A DNA stretch of 64,000 nt from an uncultured Pelagibacteraceae bacterium (GTDB lineage: Bacteria; Pseudomonadota; Alphaproteobacteria; Pelagibacterales; Pelagibacteraceae): assembly GCA_902572225.1 (NCBI GenBank), contig CACGFJ010000001.1, forward strand, positions 4,477 through 68,476, read 5' to 3'. The position numbers were made by a program, and so were the translations under genes. The notes beneath the pieces are model-generated. The model was not told where the DNA came from and did no database searches. It worked only from the letters and a program-made list of their open reading frames with translations. This document shows, piece by piece, positions 48,064 to 57,474 of the stretch; position 1 is the stretch's first letter, and every line of letters starts with the position of its first letter.

Positions 48064-50217
48064 ATGGAATTTTTAAAAAAATATCCAAAAATATTTCAGT
48101 GGTTATTTCTATTAATTGTTTTCTTTGCTCTTTGTTTTGCTATTGATGTTCCAGAAACATATAAATTCATTAGAGGCCAAGCTGAATTCGTAAAAGACCC
48201 TAATCAAAGTAGTTATATATTTTTAGGCAAAGAAGTAAGATATTACGCCTTTGATGTTTTCTGGCGTCTTCCTCCATTACTTGGATGGTTACCAATATGG
48301 ATAAATGACTCCTTGTTTTTCTTAATGAATGAGTGGATGCCAATGGAGTTTTGGAATGAGGACACTCAAGAATTTAAAACCAGACCAATAGTTTTGCAAA
48401 TTAGCAGAAATTTAACAGCTTTTATGACTTTTTTAATAGAATTAATTAGAGAAATTCTATTAGGTGGACTTGAAACAATTGTTGCCTTTACAAGTTGGGA
48501 TTGGATCGATGCGAACCCTTGGGCAGAGTTACCAGGTCTACCTTGGACAATAGTTGCAGCTGGCTTTGCAATACTTGCTTATAAATTAAGTGGTATTGGA
48601 CTCGCTTTATTTGCCGGTTTAACAATGGTTTATATTTCTATATTTGGACAATGGAAACCATCGATGCAAACACTCTCTTTTATTTTAGTTGCTGCGCCTC
48701 TATCTTTTATATTTGGGTTAAGTTTAGGTATTGCAGCTTATAAAAGTAAACGTGTAGAAAAAGCTCTATATCCAATTCTATTAGTTATGCAAACAATGCC
48801 ACAATATGCAGTATTAGTCCCTGCACTTGTTCTTTTTGGAGTTGGTGACCACGCTGCAGTAATTATAACTATGGTTGTTGCTGTTCCACCCATGATATTA
48901 CTTACTTTACTAGGATTGAGAGCTATTCCTCCAGAAGTAATTGAAGCTGGAAGAATGAGTGGTTGTAATAATTGGCAACTAATGTCTAAAGTGCTAATTC
49001 CAACGGCCAGACGAGATATTCTAATTGGCGTAAACCAGGTTATCATGGTGTGCTTTTCTATGGCTGTTATTTCAGCCTTCATTGGAGCGAAAGGTCTAGG
49101 TTTTAATTTATTGTTAGCACTAAATCAGCTTAATATCGGATTAGCATTAGAAGCTGGTCTTTGTATAAGTCTAATTGCAATTTTATTAGATAAAATGTCA
49201 TTAGCATGGGCAAACAAGCAAGTCGATTATTTTGGCAATTTGAATTTTTTTCAAAGAAATAAAAATTTATTATTTTTTAGTATTACGGTCATAATTGGAA
49301 TTTTACTCGCTTACTTTGGATCTGTTTATTTTAAAGGTGGTTACAATTATTTATTTGAAGTTCCACACAATAAAGGAATATCAACTGCTGATTTTTGGAA
49401 TAAAGGTGTCGATTGGATTTTTGATACCTTCTTTGTTTATATAAAAGCATTTAATACATGGTTAATTCAAGAAGTGTTACAACCAATGAGGGCTTTGTAT
49501 TTAAGGATGCCAGCTGTTGCTACATTAGTTCTAGTTGTTGGTGCAGGCTATTTAATTGGTGGAATTAGATCTGCATTAGTAGTTTGTGGTTTGACATTAT
49601 TCATAGCTCTAAGCCCTTGGTGGGATAGAGCCTTAGTAACGGCTTACATGGCAACATTTGGGGTAATTGTCTCTTGTATAATTGGTTTTACGGTTGGCAC
49701 ATTATGTTTTCAAAATAAACATTCTGCAAAATTTATGCTAGGGGTATGTGATATATTTCAAACATTTCCATCATTTGTTTATCTTATTCCTGTTATGATG
49801 CTTTTTGGAATAACTGACACTTCTGTTCTTATTGCTGTCATTGTTTATGCAACTATACCAGCAACAAGATACACAATTGAAGGGCTTAGAAGTGTTCCAG
49901 CAGGTTTACATGATGCAGCGACGATGTCTGGTGTAAATAAATTTCAAAGATTAACAAAAATTGAATTTCCTTTAGCATTCCCTCATATGATGCTTGGTAT
50001 AAATCAAACAATAGTGTTTGCATTATTTATGGTGATTATAGGAGCATTTATCGGCACTGAAGATTTAGGGCAATATATTTTAAAAGCTTTATCAGATAAA
50101 AATGGTGCTGGTATTGGATTAACTTTGGGTATTTGTGTAGCTTTTATAGGTTTAATTTTTGATAATTTGATAAGAACTTGGGTAGAAAAAAGAAAAAAAC
50201 ATCTAGGAATTGCTTAA
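48064..50217 (+). CDS. tmoV: Fused double permease, TMAO/betaine-family ABC
   Basis: Two ProW-like halves (MQTMPQYAVLVP / FQTFPSFVYLIP), each with an EAA loop. Confidence 0.85.
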   Translation: MEFLKKYPKIFQWLFLLIVFFALCFAIDVPETYKFIRGQAEFVKDPNQSSYIFLGKEVRYYAFDVFWRLPPLLGWLPIWINDSLFFLMNEWMPMEFWNEDTQEFKTRPIVLQISRNLTAFMTFLIELIREILLGGLETIVAFTSWDWIDANPWAELPGLPWTIVAAGFAILAYKLSGIGLALFAGLTMVYISIFGQWKPSMQTLSFILVAAPLSFIFGLSLGIAAYKSKRVEKALYPILLVMQTMPQYAVLVPALVLFGVGDHAAVIITMVVAVPPMILLTLLGLRAIPPEVIEAGRMSGCNNWQLMSKVLIPTARRDILIGVNQVIMVCFSMAVISAFIGAKGLGFNLLLALNQLNIGLALEAGLCISLIAILLDKMSLAWANKQVDYFGNLNFFQRNKNLLFFSITVIIGILLAYFGSVYFKGGYNYLFEVPHNKGISTADFWNKGVDWIFDTFFVYIKAFNTWLIQEVLQPMRALYLRMPAVATLVLVVGAGYLIGGIRSALVVCGLTLFIALSPWWDRALVTAYMATFGVIVSCIIGFTVGTLCFQNKHSAKFMLGVCDIFQTFPSFVYLIPVMMLFGITDTSVLIAVIVYATIPATRYTIEGLRSVPAGLHDAATMSGVNKFQRLTKIEFPLAFPHMMLGINQTIVFALFMVIIGAFIGTEDLGQYILKALSDKNGAGIGLTLGICVAFIGLIFDNLIRTWVEKRKKHLGIA

Positions 50218-50223
50218 TCTTAA

Positions 50224-51183
50224 ATGAAAAAAATTTTAATAATAGGCGGTGGCGCAATGGGATCTGCTTTTACTTTTCCATGTATAGATAATAAAAATGA
50301 AGTAACTATCACAGAGCCTTATAATAAAATTTTTATTAAAAATTTGTCTTCTAAAAAGAAATATCATTCTAGTTTAAAAATAAATTTACCAAATAAACTA
50401 AAATACAAAAAATATTCAACTGATCTATTAAAAAATAAATATGATTTGGTAGTTGTTGCGTTAAGTTTATCAGGAATAAATTTTATTAGTGAAGAATTTA
50501 AAAAATCAAATATTAAAAGTCCAATTCTTATTCTTACCAAAGGTTTGAAGTATGAGAAAAAAAAACAGAAAATTTTTACTATTTCAGAGGATATAAAGAA
50601 AACTAATAAAAATATAAACGTTTCAGTTTTAAAAGGACCTTGCTTAGCAAAAGAACTTTCAAATAAAAAACAAACAAGTGTAATTGTTGCTAATAAAAAT
50701 ATCAAAACCGCAAAAAAAATTTGTAATATGATAACTACAAAATACTATTTAACCGAAACTTCGAAAGATGTTATTGGAGTTGAGATCTGTTCTTCAATTA
50801 AAAATATTTATTCAATGATTATTGGGGCTGGGGATAGTTTAAATATGTCTTCAAGTTTATTCAAAAAATCTATAAATGAGATGATATATATTACTAAATA
50901 TTTTAAAGGAAAAATTGAGACTGCTCTTGGATTGGCTGGAGTTGGAGATTTATACGTCAGTGCTGCTGGAGGTAGAAATAGTAAAATGGGAAGTTACTTA
51001 GGGCAAGGCTATACATTCAAAAATGCTAAAAGAAAATTTATGCCTAATGAAACCGTAGAGGGAGAGCAACTTGCAAGAGAAATTGCTCCATTTGTAATAA
51101 AAAAAATTCAACAAAAAAAAATCCCTTTGATGACAAAATTAATTAAATCTATAATTAATAACAAAAAATTAATATTAAATTAA
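50224..51183 (+). CDS. GpsA-like NAD(P)-dependent dehydrogenase (glycerol-3-phosphate dehydrogenase family, divergent)
   Basis: GGGAMG, TKGL, GPCLAKE, DVIGVE...KN, GLAGVGDL...GRN, VEG. Confidence 0.75.
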   Translation: MKKILIIGGGAMGSAFTFPCIDNKNEVTITEPYNKIFIKNLSSKKKYHSSLKINLPNKLKYKKYSTDLLKNKYDLVVVALSLSGINFISEEFKKSNIKSPILILTKGLKYEKKKQKIFTISEDIKKTNKNINVSVLKGPCLAKELSNKKQTSVIVANKNIKTAKKICNMITTKYYLTETSKDVIGVEICSSIKNIYSMIIGAGDSLNMSSSLFKKSINEMIYITKYFKGKIETALGLAGVGDLYVSAAGGRNSKMGSYLGQGYTFKNAKRKFMPNETVEGEQLAREIAPFVIKKIQQKKIPLMTKLIKSIINNKKLILN

Positions 51184-51185
51184 AA

Positions 51186-52271
51186 ATGGCAAGTATTAAA
51201 ATAGATAAAGTAAACAAGTTTTTTGGTAGCACACATGTGATCAAAGATGTTTCTCTTGATATAAAAAGTGAGTCTTTCACAGTTCTAGTAGGCCCAAGCG
51301 GATGTGGTAAATCAACAATCTTAAGAATGATTGCTGGTTTAGAGGAAATTAATTCAGGTACAATATCTATTGATGATAAAGTTGTAAATGATCTACCACC
51401 TAAAGAAAGAAATATTGCAATGGTATTTCAATCTTATGCTCTTTATCCTCATATGACTGTATTTGATAATATGGCTTTTGGTTTAAAAATTGAAAAAAAA
51501 TCAAAAGAAGAGATAGAGCAAAGAGTGATGGAGGCTGCTAAAATCTTACAGATAGAAGAGTATCTTGAGAGAAAACCCAAACAATTATCTGGAGGACAAC
51601 GTCAAAGAGTAGCTATTGGTAGAGCCATTACAAGAAAACCAAAAGTTTTCTTATTCGATGAACCATTATCTAATCTAGATGCAGCATTAAGAGTACAAAT
51701 GAGAGTAGAATTGGCAAAATTACATGATCAACTTAATGCAACAATGATTTACGTAACTCATGATCAAACTGAAGCCATGACACTTGCAAATGATATTGTT
51801 GTATTGGATCAAGGTATAGTTTCACAAAAGGGATCACCCATGAACTTATATAATAACCCAGATAATCTGTTTGTTGGTGGTTTTATTGGATCTCCAAAAA
51901 TGAATTTTATAGATAGTAAAATTTTAAGTAAAAGTTCAAAGAGTTCTGAAGTAGATATAATGGGGACTGGAAAGTTAAATGTACCAAAAATTTCTGATAA
52001 TACTCAAGAAGGGGATAGTATAAAAATTGGAATAAGACCAGAGCATTTGATATTAAATGCAAAAACAGATTCATTATGGGAAAGTAAAGTCTTCGTTGTA
52101 GAAAAATTAGGGTCAGGAACATATTTATACTTAGAGAAAGAGGGAGATCCTCTTGTTGTACAAACTGATGGAGACACAAATATTAAAGTAGGTGACACTG
52201 TTAAAATAGGTTTTGATCCATTTCGTTGCCATTTATTTGATAATAAAGGTATTTCTTTTAAAAATTCTTGA
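51186..52271 (+). CDS. Carbohydrate (CUT1) ABC ATPase, MalK/UgpC-like
   Basis: GPSGCGKST, VFQSYALYPHM, LSGGQRQR, DEPLSNLD, FIGSP. Confidence 0.93.
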   Translation: MASIKIDKVNKFFGSTHVIKDVSLDIKSESFTVLVGPSGCGKSTILRMIAGLEEINSGTISIDDKVVNDLPPKERNIAMVFQSYALYPHMTVFDNMAFGLKIEKKSKEEIEQRVMEAAKILQIEEYLERKPKQLSGGQRQRVAIGRAITRKPKVFLFDEPLSNLDAALRVQMRVELAKLHDQLNATMIYVTHDQTEAMTLANDIVVLDQGIVSQKGSPMNLYNNPDNLFVGGFIGSPKMNFIDSKILSKSSKSSEVDIMGTGKLNVPKISDNTQEGDSIKIGIRPEHLILNAKTDSLWESKVFVVEKLGSGTYLYLEKEGDPLVVQTDGDTNIKVGDTVKIGFDPFRCHLFDNKGISFKNS

Positions 52272-52383
52272 ATCAATCTCAGGTAGTATTGTTTAAATTA
52301 CATACTTGTTATTCTTCTTTTAAATGTTCATTATGTGTTAATTTTTAAATAACTTTAGAAAACAAGAAAAAAGAGGGGAATAT

Positions 52384-53712
52384 ATGTTTAAAAATATATT
52401 AATAATAATCTCTGCAATAGCTTTTGTTTTTAATTCAATTGCATTTGCAGATATCAAATTCTGGACGACAGAAACTCAACCAGCAAGGATGGCTAAACAA
52501 GAAGAGATGGCAAAAGCTTTTGAAGCCAAAACTGGAATTGGAGTTGAAGTTATCCCGATTGATGAAAAAGATTTAGGAACAAGAGCTACTGCAGCAGCTG
52601 CAGCAGGAGATCTTCCTGATGTAATTTATCATACATTGCAATATGTATTGCCATGGGCAGAAGCGGGAATTTTAGACGTTGATGCAAATAATGATATCGT
52701 TAACTCACTTGGAAAGAAAACTTTTGCTCCAGGTGCTTTAAAGATGGCTAAAAAAGGTGGTAAAATTGCTGCTGTACCAGTAGATGGCTGGACGCAAATG
52801 GTTGTATACAGAAAAGATTTATTTGCAGCTGCTGGTTTAGAACCACCAACTACATACGCGAATATCGAGAAAGCAATAGATGCTTTATCTAGTAACGATA
52901 TGTTTGGCTTTGTTGCGGCAACTAAAACTGACGAAAACTTTATGAGTCAAGTTTTAGAACATGTCATGCTTGCAAATGGTGTAAATATTGTGAAAAAAGG
53001 TGGAACAAAAAAACAAGGAAGAGCTTTAAAAAATTCTTTACAGTTTTATAAAAAATTAGCTAAGGCTAGTCCTCCAGGGGAACTTTATTGGAAACAATCA
53101 AGAGAACTTTATTTTGCTGGTAAAACACCAATGATAATATGGTCACCATTTATTATGGATGAGTTGGCTGGTTTAAGAGACTCAGCTCCACCAACAATTA
53201 ACAGTGATCCTACATCACCAGAATTGGCATCTAAAACTGGTTTTATAACTAATTTTAGTGGACCAAATAATGTAAAAGGTGCAGCTTGGGCTGATGTTAG
53301 ATACTTTGGTGTAACTGCAGATGCAGATACAGATGAAGCTAAGCAGTTTATTCTTTATTCAATGGATGAAGGATATACAAGCACTTTATCTATAGCACCA
53401 GAAGGTAAGTTCCCTGTAAGAAGAGGTAATGCAAGTGATCCAAATGCATTTACAACAGCTTGGAGTAAATTGCCTGTTGGAGTTGATAGAAAAGCTCCTT
53501 TAACAGATCTATATTCAGCAGATGTTATAAATAATATTGTTGCTGGTTTAGATACCGCTAATAGATGGGGTGTTAAAGAAGGTGAATTATCGAGAGCATC
53601 TAAAATTATTAACAATAAATTTATAAATAGAATCACTAGACAATACATAGACGATCAATTGACGCTAGATGAAGCAGTAGATGAAATTAATACTGTGTTA
53701 GCTAGTTTCTAG
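52384..53712 (+). CDS. Carbohydrate ABC substrate-binding protein (family 1)
   Basis: Signal peptide; AAAAGDLPDV, AVP...YRKDLF..AGL.PPTT; GAGGGG RBS. Confidence 0.9.
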   Translation: MFKNILIIISAIAFVFNSIAFADIKFWTTETQPARMAKQEEMAKAFEAKTGIGVEVIPIDEKDLGTRATAAAAAGDLPDVIYHTLQYVLPWAEAGILDVDANNDIVNSLGKKTFAPGALKMAKKGGKIAAVPVDGWTQMVVYRKDLFAAAGLEPPTTYANIEKAIDALSSNDMFGFVAATKTDENFMSQVLEHVMLANGVNIVKKGGTKKQGRALKNSLQFYKKLAKASPPGELYWKQSRELYFAGKTPMIIWSPFIMDELAGLRDSAPPTINSDPTSPELASKTGFITNFSGPNNVKGAAWADVRYFGVTADADTDEAKQFILYSMDEGYTSTLSIAPEGKFPVRRGNASDPNAFTTAWSKLPVGVDRKAPLTDLYSADVINNIVAGLDTANRWGVKEGELSRASKIINNKFINRITRQYIDDQLTLDEAVDEINTVLASF

Positions 53713-53726
53713 TAATTTAAAAAATT

Positions 53727-53763
53727 AAAAAAAGCGGGTAATATTAATTATCCGCTTTTTTTT
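53727..53763 (+). terminator. Stem-loop after the sugar SBP gene
   Basis: AAAAAAAGCGGGTAAT-atta-ATTATCCGCTTTTTTT, ending immediately before the permease ATG. Confidence 0.7.
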
Positions 53764-55023
53764 ATGAGTACAAAACTTGCAAAAATTGAAAAAAGAACAG
53801 CCTATTTATTAATACTGCCATCGTTTCTTTTAGTATTTTCTATAATTTTATTTCCAATATTCTCAAATATTTGGATTAGCTTTAAAAACGTAGAACTTAA
53901 AGATTTAAGAATTCCTGAGCCAAGAGCAAAAAAATTAGTAAAATCAATTAAAGATAATCCTAATCAAATAAAAGTAATTTATAAATTAAGAAATAGTTCT
54001 CTTACACAAGAAATTACTAGTGTAAAATTTAAAGATAAATATCCTGACAACATTGAACCAATAAGTTTGAATAATAAATGTCAATTTAAATCAAATTTAC
54101 TTAAGTGTGAGTTAGGAAATTGGCCAAAAAAATATCGAGAAAATTTAGAAATAGTATTTCAAAATACTAATAATCAAGAAATTTCCAAGAAGGAACTAAA
54201 ATCTTATAAACCTAAACTATCAGGTAAGTCACAAAATATATTATTAACTTACGAATTTACTTTAAATAATTTCAAAAAAGTAATTAAAGACAAAGCGTTT
54301 ATAGATCTATTATCAACAACTTTTTATTACACTTTCTTTGGAACAATAGGTGCAATAGTTTTTGGAATTTTAGCTGCACAAATGGTAAATCAAAAATTTT
54401 TTGGAAGAACATTTATGAGAAGTGTTCTTTTATTTCCTTATGTTGCGCCAGTTGTTGCTCTTGCTTATACCTGGGAACTTTTACTTGATCCAACAAGTGG
54501 AACTTTAAATAATTTGTTAATTAATTATCAAATTATTGATGGACCAATAAATTTGCTAGGACAAAAATATGTAACTTTAAATATACTGGGTTTTGATTTT
54601 AAATTAAGGTTAGCATTAACCACAGTAATTATTTTTGAAATTTGGAGATATTTTCCTCTTGCATTTTTATTTATTCTTGCTCGTCTTCAAGCAGTTCCAA
54701 AAGAGTTGTATGAAGCAGCTGATGTTGACGGTGCAAATCCTATCCAAAAATTTCTTAATATTACTTTACCCCAAATATTAGCAGTGATTTCAATTTTATT
54801 TATGATTAGATTTATTTGGAATTTTAATAAATTTGAAGACATCTTTTTACTGACTGGCGGGGCATCAGGTACAAGAACATTGCCAATCAATGTATATCAA
54901 CAAGGTTTTTCAATCGGGGATATTGGTATGGGTTCTGCAGTTTCTATTGTGATTGTAGTGTTTCTTTTAATTTTTATGTTTATCTATTTTAAACTTTTAG
55001 GAAAAAGAGCTGATGAAAATTAA
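53764..55023 (+). CDS. Carbohydrate ABC permease (MalF-like) with a large periplasmic insertion
   Basis: LLILPS TM1, EAA motif ELYEAADVDGA, LLTGG..GT.TL; about 110 aa soluble insert after TM1. Confidence 0.9.
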   Translation: MSTKLAKIEKRTAYLLILPSFLLVFSIILFPIFSNIWISFKNVELKDLRIPEPRAKKLVKSIKDNPNQIKVIYKLRNSSLTQEITSVKFKDKYPDNIEPISLNNKCQFKSNLLKCELGNWPKKYRENLEIVFQNTNNQEISKKELKSYKPKLSGKSQNILLTYEFTLNNFKKVIKDKAFIDLLSTTFYYTFFGTIGAIVFGILAAQMVNQKFFGRTFMRSVLLFPYVAPVVALAYTWELLLDPTSGTLNNLLINYQIIDGPINLLGQKYVTLNILGFDFKLRLALTTVIIFEIWRYFPLAFLFILARLQAVPKELYEAADVDGANPIQKFLNITLPQILAVISILFMIRFIWNFNKFEDIFLLTGGASGTRTLPINVYQQGFSIGDIGMGSAVSIVIVVFLLIFMFIYFKLLGKRADEN

Positions 55024-56206
55024 AAATATATTTACTTATTGCTTTATCTCGTCTTTGTTTTTGTTTTCATTAATTTGTATTTGGAAAATCTTGGTTACAT
55101 TGCAAGGAATTGAATTAATAAATTTTAATTTTAATAAATTATTTATTTTTGGAATAATTCTTTGTTTGATAAATCTTCTTATTGGAAAAAAATTAAATTT
55201 AAATATTAAAATTACTATACTTGCACTTTTATTTTCTATCTTTGATTATTTTATTTCTATAAATTTACCCATTTGGTACAGTTTTGGCATATTTTTAATT
55301 TCATTATTTTTTTTCAATAATATAAAAAATTACGACAAAAACTTTTTGTCAAAAAATCATTCTTCTCAAAAATTATTCTTTAATTTTTTAACACTTTTTG
55401 GGATCACACTGTTCTCTTTTGTAATTCTTTTCCCTTTTTATATGATGTTAGTCACAAGCTTTAAAACCCAAGCATTATTATTATTGAACCCATTAGACTT
55501 TAGTATTAACTTTGCACAAGGATTGCCAGAGTTGTTCAAATCTTATTTTATAGTATTCAAAGATTATAATTTTGGAAGATATATGCTAACAAGCACAATA
55601 GTCTCCTTAGGCACAGTCATTATAACATTAATATTTGCAATCCCGGCTGCTTACGCGGTTGCAAGACTTAATTTCTTTGGAAAAAATTTTTTATCAACAT
55701 CCATATTGATAATTTATTTGTTTCCAGCGATAGTTTTAGTGATACCTCTGTATACAATTTTTAGTCAACTTGGTTTAAGAAATTCTATTGAGGGTTTGTT
55801 AATAGTTTATACAGCTACAACCTTACCTGTAGCAATTTATATGCTGCAAGGTTACTTTAAAAGTATACCAAAAGAATTAGAAGAAGCAGGAATAATAGAT
55901 GGTCAAAATTGGCTTGGTATAATTTTTAAAATTATACTCCCACTTAGTTTACCTGCAATATCATCAGTAGCTTTGTATGTATTCATGATAGCTTGGAATG
56001 AATTTTTATTTTCATTAATGTTTTTAGACCGGCCAAATACATTCACATTATCAAGAGCTATTCAGTTTCTAAATGTTGGAGCTGAAACACCTAGACAATA
56101 TTTGATGGCAGGGTCTGTAGTAGTAACCTTGCCTATTTTAATAATTTTTGTTTATTTTGAAAAATATTTAGTAAGTGGTCTTACTGCAGGAAGTGTTAAA
56201 GGATAA
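55013..56206 (+). CDS. Carbohydrate ABC permease (MalG-like) with an extra hydrophobic N-terminus
   Basis: FPFYMMLVTSFK, ELEEAGIIDG, AWNEFLF, GLTAGSVKG. Confidence 0.9.
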   Translation: MKIKNIFTYCFISSLFLFSLICIWKILVTLQGIELINFNFNKLFIFGIILCLINLLIGKKLNLNIKITILALLFSIFDYFISINLPIWYSFGIFLISLFFFNNIKNYDKNFLSKNHSSQKLFFNFLTLFGITLFSFVILFPFYMMLVTSFKTQALLLLNPLDFSINFAQGLPELFKSYFIVFKDYNFGRYMLTSTIVSLGTVIITLIFAIPAAYAVARLNFFGKNFLSTSILIIYLFPAIVLVIPLYTIFSQLGLRNSIEGLLIVYTATTLPVAIYMLQGYFKSIPKELEEAGIIDGQNWLGIIFKIILPLSLPAISSVALYVFMIAWNEFLFSLMFLDRPNTFTLSRAIQFLNVGAETPRQYLMAGSVVVTLPILIIFVYFEKYLVSGLTAGSVKG

Positions 56207-57465
56207 TGCAAAATAAAGTAGAAGAGGCAAAAAAAATATTATTAGGTAACAGAAAAGATGGTTACACACTTCCAACTAATAACAAATTATATCCTGCTCA
56301 ATGGAATTGGGATTCAGCTTTTATAGCTCTTGGCTATTCTTACTTTAATTTAGATTTTTCAATTTTAGAAATTGAAACTTTGCTTAATGGTCAGTGGGAC
56401 GATGGTATGGTACCCCACATTCTTTTTCATGAAAAAGACACATCTTATTTTCCAAATCACACAACTTGGCAATGTGGAAAAAATATACCTTCTTCTGGTA
56501 TTACTCAGCCACCAGTTTTAGCCAGTATTTTGAGAAAAATTGTTGAAAAAAATCAACTTAGTAAAGAACAACATTCAAGAATTGAAAAAATAATAACAAA
56601 AATTAAAAATTATCATGATTGGTTCATAAAATTCAGAGATCCTCATAAAACCGGCCTTGTATCCATATTACATCCTTGGGAAAGCGGGTATGATAATTCA
56701 CCAATTTGGGATCAGCCAATGAGTAATATCAAAGTAGATAAAGACCTTAATTATAAAAGAAGAGACCTTGAAGTTTCAAACTCTGATGAGAGACCTTTAA
56801 AAACTGATTATGATAGATATGTAACTTTAAGAGATCAATTTAGGGATGTTCAGTATGATCCACATAAATTGTATGAGATTTCTGATTTTAATGTAGCAGA
56901 TGTTGGATTTAATGCTTTATTTTTGAGAGCAAATAAAGATCTACTTAGCTTAGCTAAAAGTTTTAATTTAAATTTTGATGATTTAAATAATTTTGTATCC
57001 AAAACTGAAAATGAAATATTAAAATTATATGATAATAATATTAATGATTTTGTCTCAAAAGATTTAAAAACTAAATTGAATATCGTTGTTCCATCAATAA
57101 CAAATTATTTTACTCTCTACGCAAATTTACAAGATGATGAATTAAATAAAAAAATTATTAATAATTTAAAAAATCATAATATTAATGACAATTACTTTTT
57201 TTCAACAATAAAACCAAATCATCCTTCATTTGAAGAAAAAAGATATTGGAGAGGTCCAATATGGATAAATTGTAATTGGTTGATTTACCAAGGACTTATT
57301 AAAAAAGAGCCAGAATATGCAAATGAAATCAAAAAAAAAACTTTAGAATTAATAGAAGAAAAAGGTTTTCATGAATATTATAGTTATAAAGATGGATCAG
57401 TTATGGGCGCAAATAATTTCTCATGGAGTGCAGCTTTATATTTAGACCTGGCTCTAGAAAATTAG
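56206..57465 (+). CDS. GH63-type mannosylglycerate/glucosylglycerate hydrolase-like glycosidase
   Basis: LYPAQWNWDSAF, GMVPHI, SGITQPP, HPWESGYDNSP.WD, YWRGPIW, F.EYY, FSWSAA. Confidence 0.85.
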   Translation: MQNKVEEAKKILLGNRKDGYTLPTNNKLYPAQWNWDSAFIALGYSYFNLDFSILEIETLLNGQWDDGMVPHILFHEKDTSYFPNHTTWQCGKNIPSSGITQPPVLASILRKIVEKNQLSKEQHSRIEKIITKIKNYHDWFIKFRDPHKTGLVSILHPWESGYDNSPIWDQPMSNIKVDKDLNYKRRDLEVSNSDERPLKTDYDRYVTLRDQFRDVQYDPHKLYEISDFNVADVGFNALFLRANKDLLSLAKSFNLNFDDLNNFVSKTENEILKLYDNNINDFVSKDLKTKLNIVVPSITNYFTLYANLQDDELNKKIINNLKNHNINDNYFFSTIKPNHPSFEEKRYWRGPIWINCNWLIYQGLIKKEPEYANEIKKKTLELIEEKGFHEYYSYKDGSVMGANNFSWSAALYLDLALEN

Positions 57466-57474
57466 ATTAGATTT

